A stretch of 64,000 nt of DNA, from NCBI GenBank assembly GCA_038870975.1, contig JAVZJD010000001.1, positions 160,001 through 224,000 of the forward strand. The letters are read 5' to 3'. This DNA comes from Candidatus Bathyarchaeia archaeon. Its GTDB lineage: Archaea; Thermoproteota; CALKCG01; B24. A program made the translations under genes and the position numbers. Under the pieces are notes generated by a model. That model was given only the letters and a program-made list of their open reading frames with translations, did no database searches and had not been told where the DNA came from. Shown one piece after another: positions 9,890 through 18,409 of this stretch; the stretch's first letter is position 1, and each line of letters starts with the position of its first letter.

Positions 9890-10317
9890 GAGTCTTTACG
9901 AAGACTATAGATGTCATTTCCGAGAAGCCCACACACCTCATAAACTTATCGAATGAAGTTTGCAATATCTTAAAAGAGAGCCGTATCAAAGATGGACTTG
10001 TACATGTTTATACTATGCATACTACGACAGGGTTAACTATAAACGAAGACGAGCCTGGCTTGGAACAGGATATTCCAAAGTTCCTCTCCACGCTTATTCC
10101 AGAAGAGGGCGATTACTACCATCACCACTATTTCGCTAAGGATGGTAGACTTGCCGTAAATGCCTGGGCCCACATAAGGGCTAGCTTACTCGGAGGGCAT
10201 CTCACAATTCCAGTCGTGGATGGAAAACTTTTAATTGGGTCTAGACAGAATATCTATCTCGTCGAGCTCGACGGGCCACAAAGAAGACGAGTGGTCGTAC
10301 AGGTTATGGGCGAGTAA
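9886..10317 (+). CDS. YjbQ/UPF0047 family protein (second copy)
   Basis: HTTTGLTINE, NAWAHIRASL, ELDGP. Confidence 0.85.
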   Translation: MRVFTKTIDVISEKPTHLINLSNEVCNILKESRIKDGLVHVYTMHTTTGLTINEDEPGLEQDIPKFLSTLIPEEGDYYHHHYFAKDGRLAVNAWAHIRASLLGGHLTIPVVDGKLLIGSRQNIYLVELDGPQRRRVVVQVMGE

Positions 10318-10328
10318 AATTTGTCGGG

Positions 10329-11282
10329 GTGAGGTTTTTGCCCGATGTGATAACCCTTGGAGAGCCGCTTGTAGAGTTCATAGATAAAAATAAAAGGGGA
10401 AGTTTCACACAACTCACTGAATTTATAGGGCCTTTTCCAAGCGGTGCACCAGCAATATTCGCAGATGCTGTAGCTAGACTCAAAGTCTCATCAGCTTTAA
10501 TAGGAGTTGTTGGAAAAGATGAATTCGGCATACTTTTATTAAATAGACTCAGAAGCGATGGAGTCGACATATCACATATGAGAGTCGCTGAAAACTATAC
10601 AACTGGAACTGCTTTTGTAACATATTCACCTTCTGGAAGCCGCAAGTTCATCTTCCACTTAAGACACGCTGCAGCTGGACAGCTTTCACCCGAAGACGTA
10701 GATGAAGCATTTATAAAGTCCGCCAAGTTTCTTCACATAATGGGCTCTGCTCTATCGTTAAGTCAATCTAGCAAGGAGGCCTGTTATAAGGCACTAGAAG
10801 TAGCCGTCGAACACGGCGTTAAAATTTCATTAGACCCAAATATTAGACCCGAACTTCTTAACGTGGAGGAAATCAGACGAATATGTAAACCAGTTCTCGA
10901 TGGAGCCTATCTTGTACTACCCAGTGGGGAGGAAGCTATGATGCTTACAGGTGGAAAGTCTCCCGACGAGGCTTGTAAAATGCTTATAGACATGGGGATT
11001 AAAATAGTTGGACTAAAAAGAGGGGCGGAAGGTTCTACTATTTATACCGAAGAGCAGGTAATACAAATACCAGCTTTTAAAGTTGAAGAAGTTGAGCCTA
11101 CTGGAGCTGGAGACATTTACGACGGCGCCTTTATAGTCGGTTTGATAAATGGATGGCCTTTAAATAAAGTCGGCTTATTTGCAAACGCTGCTGGTGCCAT
11201 ATCTGTCACAAGAATCGGTCCCATAGATAGCTGCCCATACCTAGAAGAAGTTGAAAAATTTATTTCATCAGGACGATTATAA
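10329..11282 (+). CDS. PfkB-family sugar kinase
   Basis: SGAPAIFA, GKDEFG, DPNIRP, EPTGAGD signature. Confidence 0.88.
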   Translation: MRFLPDVITLGEPLVEFIDKNKRGSFTQLTEFIGPFPSGAPAIFADAVARLKVSSALIGVVGKDEFGILLLNRLRSDGVDISHMRVAENYTTGTAFVTYSPSGSRKFIFHLRHAAAGQLSPEDVDEAFIKSAKFLHIMGSALSLSQSSKEACYKALEVAVEHGVKISLDPNIRPELLNVEEIRRICKPVLDGAYLVLPSGEEAMMLTGGKSPDEACKMLIDMGIKIVGLKRGAEGSTIYTEEQVIQIPAFKVEEVEPTGAGDIYDGAFIVGLINGWPLNKVGLFANAAGAISVTRIGPIDSCPYLEEVEKFISSGRL

Positions 11283-11306
11283 GTTCAATTCAATTAAAGT
11301 AAAGTT

Positions 11307-11507
11307 ATGGTGATAGTTTTGACTTCAAAACTTAAAATAGGCTACATAGTTTTATCGGCATTAGTTATCATTCTATCATTTCATTTAATGCTTTGGGATA
11401 GCAATCTGCCATATTTTGTTGCGCTACTTTTTATTGGCTTAGGAATACTCGTAGCTATAGCTGTCTGGTATGGAATTGTTCGACCGCTTTCTAAGGATAT
11501 GGATTAG
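11307..11507 (+). CDS. Small two-TM membrane protein, hypothetical
   Basis: 66-aa ORF with two hydrophobic helices filling the gap between genes. Confidence 0.55.
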   Translation: MVIVLTSKLKIGYIVLSALVIILSFHLMLWDSNLPYFVALLFIGLGILVAIAVWYGIVRPLSKDMD

Positions 11508-11532
11508 CTGAGAGAAAACTTTATATTATCCA

Positions 11533-12081
11533 TTGTTGGATAATTATCCAACAATGGAAACAAAAAGACTGGCGTTAATATCTACCTTAACCGCGTTAGC
11601 TGTAGCGTCAAGGATTGTTTTATCGATCCTCCCAAATATTAAGTTAAACTCGTTTCTTACGATGACGGCAGGTATTCTAACAGGTCCCTACAGTGGTTTT
11701 CTAATAGGTGCTTTATCTATGCTGATCTCAGATGTATTATTCTTCGGTTTAGGGTTTTGGAGCCCTATAACAGCCTTCTTTATGGGTTTAAACGGTTTTC
11801 TAGCAGGCTTATTCTGGCATAATAAGAGCCAACTATCTAGGCTGGAGCTAGCCTCTGGAGGCCTCCTTCTTACGGTTTTCTACGACTTAGCTACTTCCAT
11901 ATTCACTATGATACCTTTTGTTAAATCTAGCGTTTTACTTTACACGGTTTTAATCGGTCTTTTTATTCCATCACCATATCCCATGGGTCCTGCCCATGAA
12001 CTTACTACATCCCTTCTCATGGGCACTCTTGCACCACCCATAGTACGATCTGTCAGGAGGAGTGGATTTGGGGAAAAGTAG
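11533..12081 (+). CDS. ECF transporter S component (CbrT-like, possibly cobalamin)
   Basis: ALAVASR...PNIKL....MTAG...GP..GFLIG.LSM.ISD..FG.G.W; about 6 TM; start may be 11554. Confidence 0.7.
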   Translation: MLDNYPTMETKRLALISTLTALAVASRIVLSILPNIKLNSFLTMTAGILTGPYSGFLIGALSMLISDVLFFGLGFWSPITAFFMGLNGFLAGLFWHNKSQLSRLELASGGLLLTVFYDLATSIFTMIPFVKSSVLLYTVLIGLFIPSPYPMGPAHELTTSLLMGTLAPPIVRSVRRSGFGEK

Positions 12082-12535
12082 ATTTTTAATGGCGTTGGTC
12101 TTAGCTTTAGCAGTATGGGCAATAGTGGCTTCAAGCATAGCAGTCTACTACTACTCAGAATACGTCAAGACTACATCTCTTCTGGAGAATCTGGAGGCTT
12201 CATTAGAAAGCTTAGAAGCTTCAACAGTTAAAGTAAATGTCATCATAGACTATGGAAATAATACTATTCAAGAGTTTAGAGATGTTATTCTAGATGTTAA
12301 GGGAGCAACGGCTTTGAACGCTTTAATGGTAGTGGCTAGAGTTGAATACACCGTATATCCATTTGGCATATTCGTTGATTCAATAAATTGCGTTGAAAAC
12401 TCTAGAGAGCTTAACTGTTGGTGGCTTTACAGTATTGTAAAGTCTAATGGCGAAGAGATTTCACCAGAAGTTGGAGCAGACCAATATAGAGTTTCCAATG
12501 GCGACACAGTAGTATGGCGATATACAAAGTTTTGA
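12062..12535 (+). CDS. Membrane-anchored DUF4430 (transcobalamin-C-like) protein
   Basis: N-terminal TM, then IDYGN, GIFVDSIN, WWLYS, VGADQY.V..GD.V.W.Y. Confidence 0.7.
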   Translation: MDLGKSRFLMALVLALAVWAIVASSIAVYYYSEYVKTTSLLENLEASLESLEASTVKVNVIIDYGNNTIQEFRDVILDVKGATALNALMVVARVEYTVYPFGIFVDSINCVENSRELNCWWLYSIVKSNGEEISPEVGADQYRVSNGDTVVWRYTKF

Positions 12536-12544
12536 AGAATACCT

Positions 12545-13264
12545 CTATTTTTTTCTTTTCGAAAGATCATCTACAGTCAACCATTTTACGTATTTTAAAA
12601 TGTTAAGTCTCTTAAGAGTCTGAAACTGCCAATCGTATGCACCTATGCTACTTAGTATATGTCCATCAGATACTGGTGTGAGCGTTACATCAGTTTCTAT
12701 ACATGCTTTTATAAACTCGTCTGATGGACTTTTATGATTTGCGTTAAGCTCTATAGCTATTGAATTTTCACGGGCCTCCTCACAGACCTCATAGATAAGT
12801 TCTATTGGAAGATTAATATTCTGCATATTCACATAAGTCGGATGTGCTAGTACATCGAACCAATTACTCCTCAAAGCCCTTACCATAATGTCTCGGTAGG
12901 ATTCCACAGAAGACTTTACATATGGAAGATTATGCAGAGCCCCGATAACTACATCTAACTTCTTCAGTAACCTTCGGCTCAACTCAGGTTCCCCATCGAG
13001 TTTTATATCGACTTCTAGACCAGTTAACACTGTTAAACCCGTAGAATTGGATTCCCTTAGAGTTAGAATTTTCTCGATATACTTTTCAAAACCAGCTTCT
13101 AATACATGCCGCGCATGGTCTGTTATAGCTATCACTTCTAGACCCTTTAAAGTAGCCGCTGTTATGTTACCTAGCACGGTAGTGTCTACACTACACTTGG
13201 AAAACTCACTATGTGTATGAATATCTGTCCTAGGCAGAGGGGCGTAGGGCCACTTCATTAGCAT
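12545..13264 (-). CDS. PHP-domain phosphoesterase
   Basis: DIHTHS, AITDH, GLEVD, LAHP, SDGH. Confidence 0.85.
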   Translation of the reverse strand: MLMKWPYAPLPRTDIHTHSEFSKCSVDTTVLGNITAATLKGLEVIAITDHARHVLEAGFEKYIEKILTLRESNSTGLTVLTGLEVDIKLDGEPELSRRLLKKLDVVIGALHNLPYVKSSVESYRDIMVRALRSNWFDVLAHPTYVNMQNINLPIELIYEVCEEARENSIAIELNANHKSPSDEFIKACIETDVTLTPVSDGHILSSIGAYDWQFQTLKRLNILKYVKWLTVDDLSKRKK

Positions 13265-13695
13265 TAGCCTCTGTCTCTCAACAGAGGAAGTTTAAACTGT
13301 TGGGAAATCTTGGAAATTAAAGGTTCAAGCTCTTCTAATCCTTTAATCGCTCCACCTAACAGAAGTAGAAGTTTCTTCCTGACTTCTAAATTTATTCTAA
13401 CATTTCGGCTTTTGAGGGCATTATAAAGCCTTGTGGCAAGTTCTTCACCTTCATTATCAAAATCCGTTAAAATTATAATCTGTTCTTCGCTGGATATACT
13501 TTCAACAATAGAATCTAAACTTCGGTTTAATGTTTTAAGTGCTATTATTTTCCCTTCAAAACCTAGCTTCCTAAGAGCGAATTCATCCCTTCTGCCTTCA
13601 ACAATGCAGACACCGTGTTCAGACAGTTCATAGAGTTCTTCAAGGATCGATGTTAAAAGTTCTAGACGTTCATAGGTCCACTTCAACATGGTCAC
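13264..13695 (-). CDS. Small TOPRIM protein (UPF0292 / RNase M5-like)
   Basis: IVEGRRD, ILTDFD.EG. Confidence 0.8.
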   Translation of the reverse strand: MTMLKWTYERLELLTSILEELYELSEHGVCIVEGRRDEFALRKLGFEGKIIALKTLNRSLDSIVESISSEEQIIILTDFDNEGEELATRLYNALKSRNVRINLEVRKKLLLLLGGAIKGLEELEPLISKISQQFKLPLLRDRG

Positions 13696-14774
13696 CTCGT
13701 TATAGCTAAACTCTTCAACCTGATGTAAAGTTCATGCGCTTCAGTTACATGTTCGAAGTATTTTCTAACAGGTTTAAGACACTCATTTAATGATTTAGAC
13801 ACAGCTTTCTTCAAATCTAATGGATGTAATTCTCCCTTGAAGTAGAGGTCTTCAAGCTCCCGATAACTTTTAACTTCAATATCACCACCGTGACGCATTT
13901 CCCTTTCAATCTTAAGAATAAAGCCTGGTTCTGAGAAGAGAATCAGCCTACATATTTCGAGAACTGGGTTATTCTCCACCATTCTAGCTGGACAGTAGGC
14001 TTTCATAATCTTTTTCTCTATTTCATCTTCTTCATCATGTATAAATATGGCCGTTTCAGGCTTAGATTTACTCATCTTAAACTCATATATCATCTCTCCT
14101 TTAACACTTCCCTCCATCCTACCTAAACCAGCTAGACCTATGAGGATAGGAGTATGTAGTGCCACAGGTTTTTTCATGCCAAGTTTATCGGCTACTTCTA
14201 TTGCAAGAACATGCGCCCTCCTTTGATCCATACCACCTAGGCATAGATCAAGGTTGAGGTAGAATATATCTGCTACTTGCATGCATGGATATATGAGCTT
14301 AGAGAAGTCGACAACAGCTTCATCAGTTCTACGTCCCATTATTGTCAAAGCCCTTTTAACCCTATTCAATGTGAGGGACTTTGCTATTTTCAGCACTAGG
14401 CTCCAATAATCTCCTGATGAAACCAACTCATCGGCGTAAACTGTTTGATAACGATTCTTAGGAATTCCTAAAGCCTCTAGACAATGCTCTATGTATGCAG
14501 AGCACAACCTTATGTTTTCCATACTCCCGCCGAGTTTATCGTTTATCCATGCGTGCCATGTAGCTTGAAGGAGAATAGTTTCGACACCAGAGACTATAAG
14601 GTCTTTAAATTTGCGAGCCCATATCATCCATCCAATTGTAAATAAACCAGATGGTTCAACACCTATATAGGCCCTTAAAGGCTCATTTTTTTTGAGAAGA
14701 GAGTCGAGTCGTTCTTCAGTTATAATTTCTTCAAGCCCCCGCTTTATGATGGAACTATTCTTCAATGGTATCAT
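13692..14774 (-). CDS. tyrS: Tyrosine--tRNA ligase
   Basis: AYIGVEPSG, YP.MQVADI, GGMDQRRAH, KMSKS, LHP.DLK. Confidence 0.95.
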   Translation of the reverse strand: MIPLKNSSIIKRGLEEIITEERLDSLLKKNEPLRAYIGVEPSGLFTIGWMIWARKFKDLIVSGVETILLQATWHAWINDKLGGSMENIRLCSAYIEHCLEALGIPKNRYQTVYADELVSSGDYWSLVLKIAKSLTLNRVKRALTIMGRRTDEAVVDFSKLIYPCMQVADIFYLNLDLCLGGMDQRRAHVLAIEVADKLGMKKPVALHTPILIGLAGLGRMEGSVKGEMIYEFKMSKSKPETAIFIHDEEDEIEKKIMKAYCPARMVENNPVLEICRLILFSEPGFILKIEREMRHGGDIEVKSYRELEDLYFKGELHPLDLKKAVSKSLNECLKPVRKYFEHVTEAHELYIRLKSLAITR

Positions 14775-14888
14775 CCTTACTTGGAATGGAAATTGTATCC
14801 AAAATTTATAGGAGAGGTAAACTTAAACTTTTTCATAAACTTAACCCGACTGTTGATTAAAACTTTAAATCCAATTTTAACTTTTGAC

Positions 14889-14999
14889 TAGTGGGTGTCA
14901 GGTTACGCTATATCCCATATGACTAACACCAAGCGTCATAGATAAGGCGTCTACGCCTTACTTAGCTGGCTCTCTCCATATGGGACCTGACACCCACTA
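14889..14999 (-). ncRNA. Putative H/ACA pseudouridylation guide sRNA 1, enclosed in a 15-bp terminal stem
   Basis: Minus strand: lower stem CCCAUAUG/CAUAUGGG + AUA box; pocket GAGAGAG / UGUUAGU; K-turn (UAU bulge, G.A and A.A pairs); apical stem UAAGGCG/CGCCUUA; perfect IR 14889-14903/14985-14999; TTAATAAA about 30 nt upstream. Confidence 0.7.
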
Positions 15000-15020
15000 A
15001 GTTAAATGAAGACCTAGCTT

Positions 15021-15037
15021 TTTATTAAGGATTTTTC
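15021..15037 (-). promoter_or_regulatory. BRE/TATA promoter candidate for sRNA 1
   Basis: Minus strand GAAAAATCCTTAATAAA about 30 nt upstream of the terminal stem. Confidence 0.45.
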
Positions 15038-15120
15038 TTTGAAAACTTTAGACTTGTAGAAGCGTTAATCAATCTAGATTCTATGTGAGGAACTGGAGGC
15101 CTGGGGTACAGCCCTTGGAG

Positions 15121-15195
15121 GCCTGTCCCATGCTTGGGTTAACCCTATCCTCATAGTAAGCCAGACGGCTTCTCAGACGGGTCCGTCAGCATGGG
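15121..15195 (-). ncRNA. Putative H/ACA pseudouridylation guide sRNA 2
   Basis: Minus strand: lower stem CCCAUGCU/AGCAUGGG followed by ACA; pocket GACGG / UAACCCA; canonical K-turn (CUGA with C-UAU-GAGG); apical stem AAGCC-GUCU-GGCUU; begins 4 nt after the pheT stop. Confidence 0.78.
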
Positions 15196-15199
15196 CCCG

Positions 15200-16894
15200 T
15201 TAGGGTTTCTGTCCAAACCCCTTAAGCCTCACAATAGACATCAAGTTTATTTCAAAACCTGCTGAAGGATTTTCAAGTCCAAAGTTTTCAAGAACCTCTG
15301 GATGTATTTCACCTAGAAATCCTAGATTTTCACCAGTTGTAGCCTCTATGAATCCTATTCGTCCTTCTATGAAACTTGGGTGTTCACCAGGTTTTATGTA
15401 AAATTTTACGTCCAGAATCTTAAGTAGAGTATCTACCACGGCTTTAATTTCAGCATAGTCTGCTTCGGAATGTATTGAAACGGCGGCTAGTTTCCTAACG
15501 TTAATGGCTCCTGTTTCAGAATTTTCATCTAAGATTACAACATCATCTACTTCAAATATTCTCTGTGGATACTCTCTATGCCTATTTCTGGACAGTATCT
15601 TCATAAGACATGGCATAAGCCAATTCCTACAAACCGTATATTCAATTGTCTTAGGGTTTTCCAACTCCACGACTGGCTCTGGCTTAACTCTCATCGCTGT
15701 GAATAACTCGTATGGATTTGTTAAGACGTCTGTTATAACCTCTTGAAAACCTAAACCCACCATGACGAGTCTAACTTTTGCTGAAAACCTCTCCATATAG
15801 CTTTCACCACCTCTCGTGAAGACTTTAGGGATTTCTGGCTTTATACGGTCATACCTATATGCTATAGCTACATCCTCTACTAAATCTACTGGATGCATTA
15901 TATCGACTCTATAAGCTGGTACTTTTACTAGGACTTCTTCTTCAGAATATTCAGTAGCATCGTACCTCATCTTATGTAAGAACTCTAAAACTTCACTTAT
16001 AGTTAGCTTTTCGCCGAGAATCTTATTCACAAAGTCTAGGGAAAGTTTTACTTCTTGAATTTTTAAGTCAGGGGATTCGAAAACCTTTCCAAAAGGTGTT
16101 TCAACTGGATATAAGACTTTAACTCTGTATATCTCACCCCCTCTTTCAGCTAGTGAAGTAACAATTATATTCAACACGGAGTTCACTATTTTCCAATCTA
16201 AGCCAGTACAGTCTATGAAGATATTTCTCGTATTTGTATCAACTTTAGTATAATCTGAGTTTATTATAGGGGGCATTGAAAGCACTAACCCTTGTGAGTC
16301 TTCAATGATGGGGTATCTATCGAATCCAGCAAGAATGTATCCGTATTCTAAACCTTTAGGGTGATTTTCTAAAATTTCTTTAAGCGTCATCTCTCTACTG
16401 TGGTCTAAAGGTCTAAATTTGAAGTCTGAAGCTTTAACCGTGTATCTAACTGGAGGCTTGAATTTATCTAAGTCGTGAACTCCAATGGATGCTTTCCTAC
16501 GATTTCTACAGTAGGAAACATGAAGCTTCTCTTGTAGTTGGATGATACTCTTTAAAACCTCCTCGTCCATTGGTATATTTTTTACAACAGCGAATACTGA
16601 ACACGGTCGTATTTCACATACAGCCCTATCAACGTAAACGTTGAAAAAACTTGAATTAACGATATAATGAGGGGCACCTTTACTAAGACCCAAAAAACCT
16701 CTATACGCTCTTGCAAGCCCTTCGGGACTCAGCATGTCTGGTCTATTGGGAAAAATTTCTACTTCAAAGCCTTCACTATCGTCCCGTTCCCAGCCTAGAC
16801 CGATCATGGGGAGTTCATTTCTAAGACGGGTTAATGATAGGGTTAAACCTACAAGCCTTTCAAAATCTTTCAAGCCTACTCTTATCACAGGCAT
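15200..16894 (-). CDS. pheT: Phenylalanine--tRNA ligase beta subunit
   Basis: PNRPDMLSPEGLAR, QLQEKLH...RNRRKASIG.HD, PPIINS, P.YR.DI.HPVD.VEDVAI. Confidence 0.95.
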   Translation of the reverse strand: MPVIRVGLKDFERLVGLTLSLTRLRNELPMIGLGWERDDSEGFEVEIFPNRPDMLSPEGLARAYRGFLGLSKGAPHYIVNSSFFNVYVDRAVCEIRPCSVFAVVKNIPMDEEVLKSIIQLQEKLHVSYCRNRRKASIGVHDLDKFKPPVRYTVKASDFKFRPLDHSREMTLKEILENHPKGLEYGYILAGFDRYPIIEDSQGLVLSMPPIINSDYTKVDTNTRNIFIDCTGLDWKIVNSVLNIIVTSLAERGGEIYRVKVLYPVETPFGKVFESPDLKIQEVKLSLDFVNKILGEKLTISEVLEFLHKMRYDATEYSEEEVLVKVPAYRVDIMHPVDLVEDVAIAYRYDRIKPEIPKVFTRGGESYMERFSAKVRLVMVGLGFQEVITDVLTNPYELFTAMRVKPEPVVELENPKTIEYTVCRNWLMPCLMKILSRNRHREYPQRIFEVDDVVILDENSETGAINVRKLAAVSIHSEADYAEIKAVVDTLLKILDVKFYIKPGEHPSFIEGRIGFIEATTGENLGFLGEIHPEVLENFGLENPSAGFEINLMSIVRLKGFGQKP

Positions 16895-16900
16895 CTTGGC

Positions 16901-18406
16901 TCACCTAATCCAAACTGGCGCATTTCTAAGAAAGTCAAGGTCATTCATGACGAGGTCTCTCATATCTTCAAGACCGTAATTTAGCATTATGATTCTACCT
17001 GGACCTAAACCCCATGCTAAAACTGGTATCTCTCTTCCAAGAAGAGGTTTAACTACTTCTGGCCTGAAGATCCCAGCTCCAGCTAATTCAATCCATTTAT
17101 CCATAGCAGGATAATAAACTTCAACTTCAAGCGAGGGCTCGGTATAAGGAAAATAGGCGGGTCTAAATCTAGCATCTGGAAATCCAAGCTTTTTAAAGAA
17201 TTCTTTAAGATATCCTATGAGGTGCTTCATACTTGCGTTTTCATCAACTACGATTCCCTCGGTCTGATAGAATTCGCAGAGGTGAGTACGATCAGGTTTT
17301 TCATTTCTAAAAACTTTACTTACAGCGAAGAATTTAGCTGGAAGCTCTGCATCCCTGAGAACAGCTAATGTCCTAGCTGATAGACATGTTGTGTGTGTTC
17401 TTAGAAGTGTTTTCTTGGATTCCTCGGGATCCCAATGATAACCCCAACCCCTAGAACCTGTTGTCCATCCGGATTCATGAGTTTCCTCAATCTTTTTAAC
17501 TAGATCTTGATCTTGCAGTCTACCGAATTTAGGAGTCTTAACGTAGAATGTATCTTGCAGGTCTCTAGCTGGATGATCTTGAGGAACGTATAGAGCATCA
17601 TAATTCCAGAAGCATATTTCAAGTATGGGTCCCTCCATCTCCATGAAGCCCATTTCAATCCACACCTGTCTTATGTAGTCTAACACTTCTCTTACAAAGT
17701 TCAGTCTGCCAATCGGTATTCTATAACTTGGAAGTGTAACATCGTACTTCTTAAAAAGAACATTCCTCCATTTACCTGAAACTATTAGTTCTCTAGTTAA
17801 TCTAGAGACTTCTTCTAGGATTTCAACCTCACCTTTTAAAGCCTCTTCTCCAAGGGTACTCAAAGAAATGAATCTAGCGGAAGATTTCTCTATTTTAATG
17901 AGTTTCCTTTCTTTTAGAATATCAATAGCCTCCCTTAATTCCGGAGGGAGGCTACTCATGTAAATTCTACCTTCTGAGGCTATGAGCTCTATGAGTTTTT
18001 CATCAGCACCTTTAAAAGCTTCAGTCAATATTTCTACTTTTCCGGCTTTTACAATACCCCAGCCCTTCTTTTTAAGCCAAGCGAGGCCTATTGGCTTCTC
18101 CCAATCTTCGAGATTTACAAGCTCGGATATGCTTATGACACGTTTGACCCTAGCTTGCTCTACTACACGTCTCTCAGGCAGACCGAGTTTGAAATATCTA
18201 AACCCTTCATCTGTGAGTGTTATAACACTATCTTCTTTCGTTCTTATGCTAAGAAGACCCTTCAAACTCAGGTTTAAAGCTAACGTAAAAACCTTATCCG
18301 AAGGAAGTTTCATTTCCGATGCCACAAGCTCTACAGGTGCATCTTTACCAAGCTTCTCGAGAACCTTAAGGAGCCTTGCCTCATCTTCAGAAAGCCTAAA
18401 CTTCAA
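16901..18406 (-). CDS. pheS: Phenylalanine--tRNA ligase alpha subunit
   Basis: WNYDALYVPQDHPARDLQDTF, LRTHTT, FRNE, YFPYTEPS, GIFRPE. Confidence 0.96.
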   Translation of the reverse strand: MKFRLSEDEARLLKVLEKLGKDAPVELVASEMKLPSDKVFTLALNLSLKGLLSIRTKEDSVITLTDEGFRYFKLGLPERRVVEQARVKRVISISELVNLEDWEKPIGLAWLKKKGWGIVKAGKVEILTEAFKGADEKLIELIASEGRIYMSSLPPELREAIDILKERKLIKIEKSSARFISLSTLGEEALKGEVEILEEVSRLTRELIVSGKWRNVLFKKYDVTLPSYRIPIGRLNFVREVLDYIRQVWIEMGFMEMEGPILEICFWNYDALYVPQDHPARDLQDTFYVKTPKFGRLQDQDLVKKIEETHESGWTTGSRGWGYHWDPEESKKTLLRTHTTCLSARTLAVLRDAELPAKFFAVSKVFRNEKPDRTHLCEFYQTEGIVVDENASMKHLIGYLKEFFKKLGFPDARFRPAYFPYTEPSLEVEVYYPAMDKWIELAGAGIFRPEVVKPLLGREIPVLAWGLGPGRIIMLNYGLEDMRDLVMNDLDFLRNAPVWIR

Positions 18407-18409
18407 AAT

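Noticed and set aside
14889-14999. 15-bp terminal inverted repeat read as a MITE, 5S rRNA or T-box
   Set aside because: No target-site duplication or second copy in the window, no 5S or T-box consensus; the internal K-turn/ANA architecture explains it better
15150-15190. CUGAGAAG resembling a hammerhead core
   Set aside because: No GAAA/UH cleavage junction; CUGA is accounted for by the K-turn
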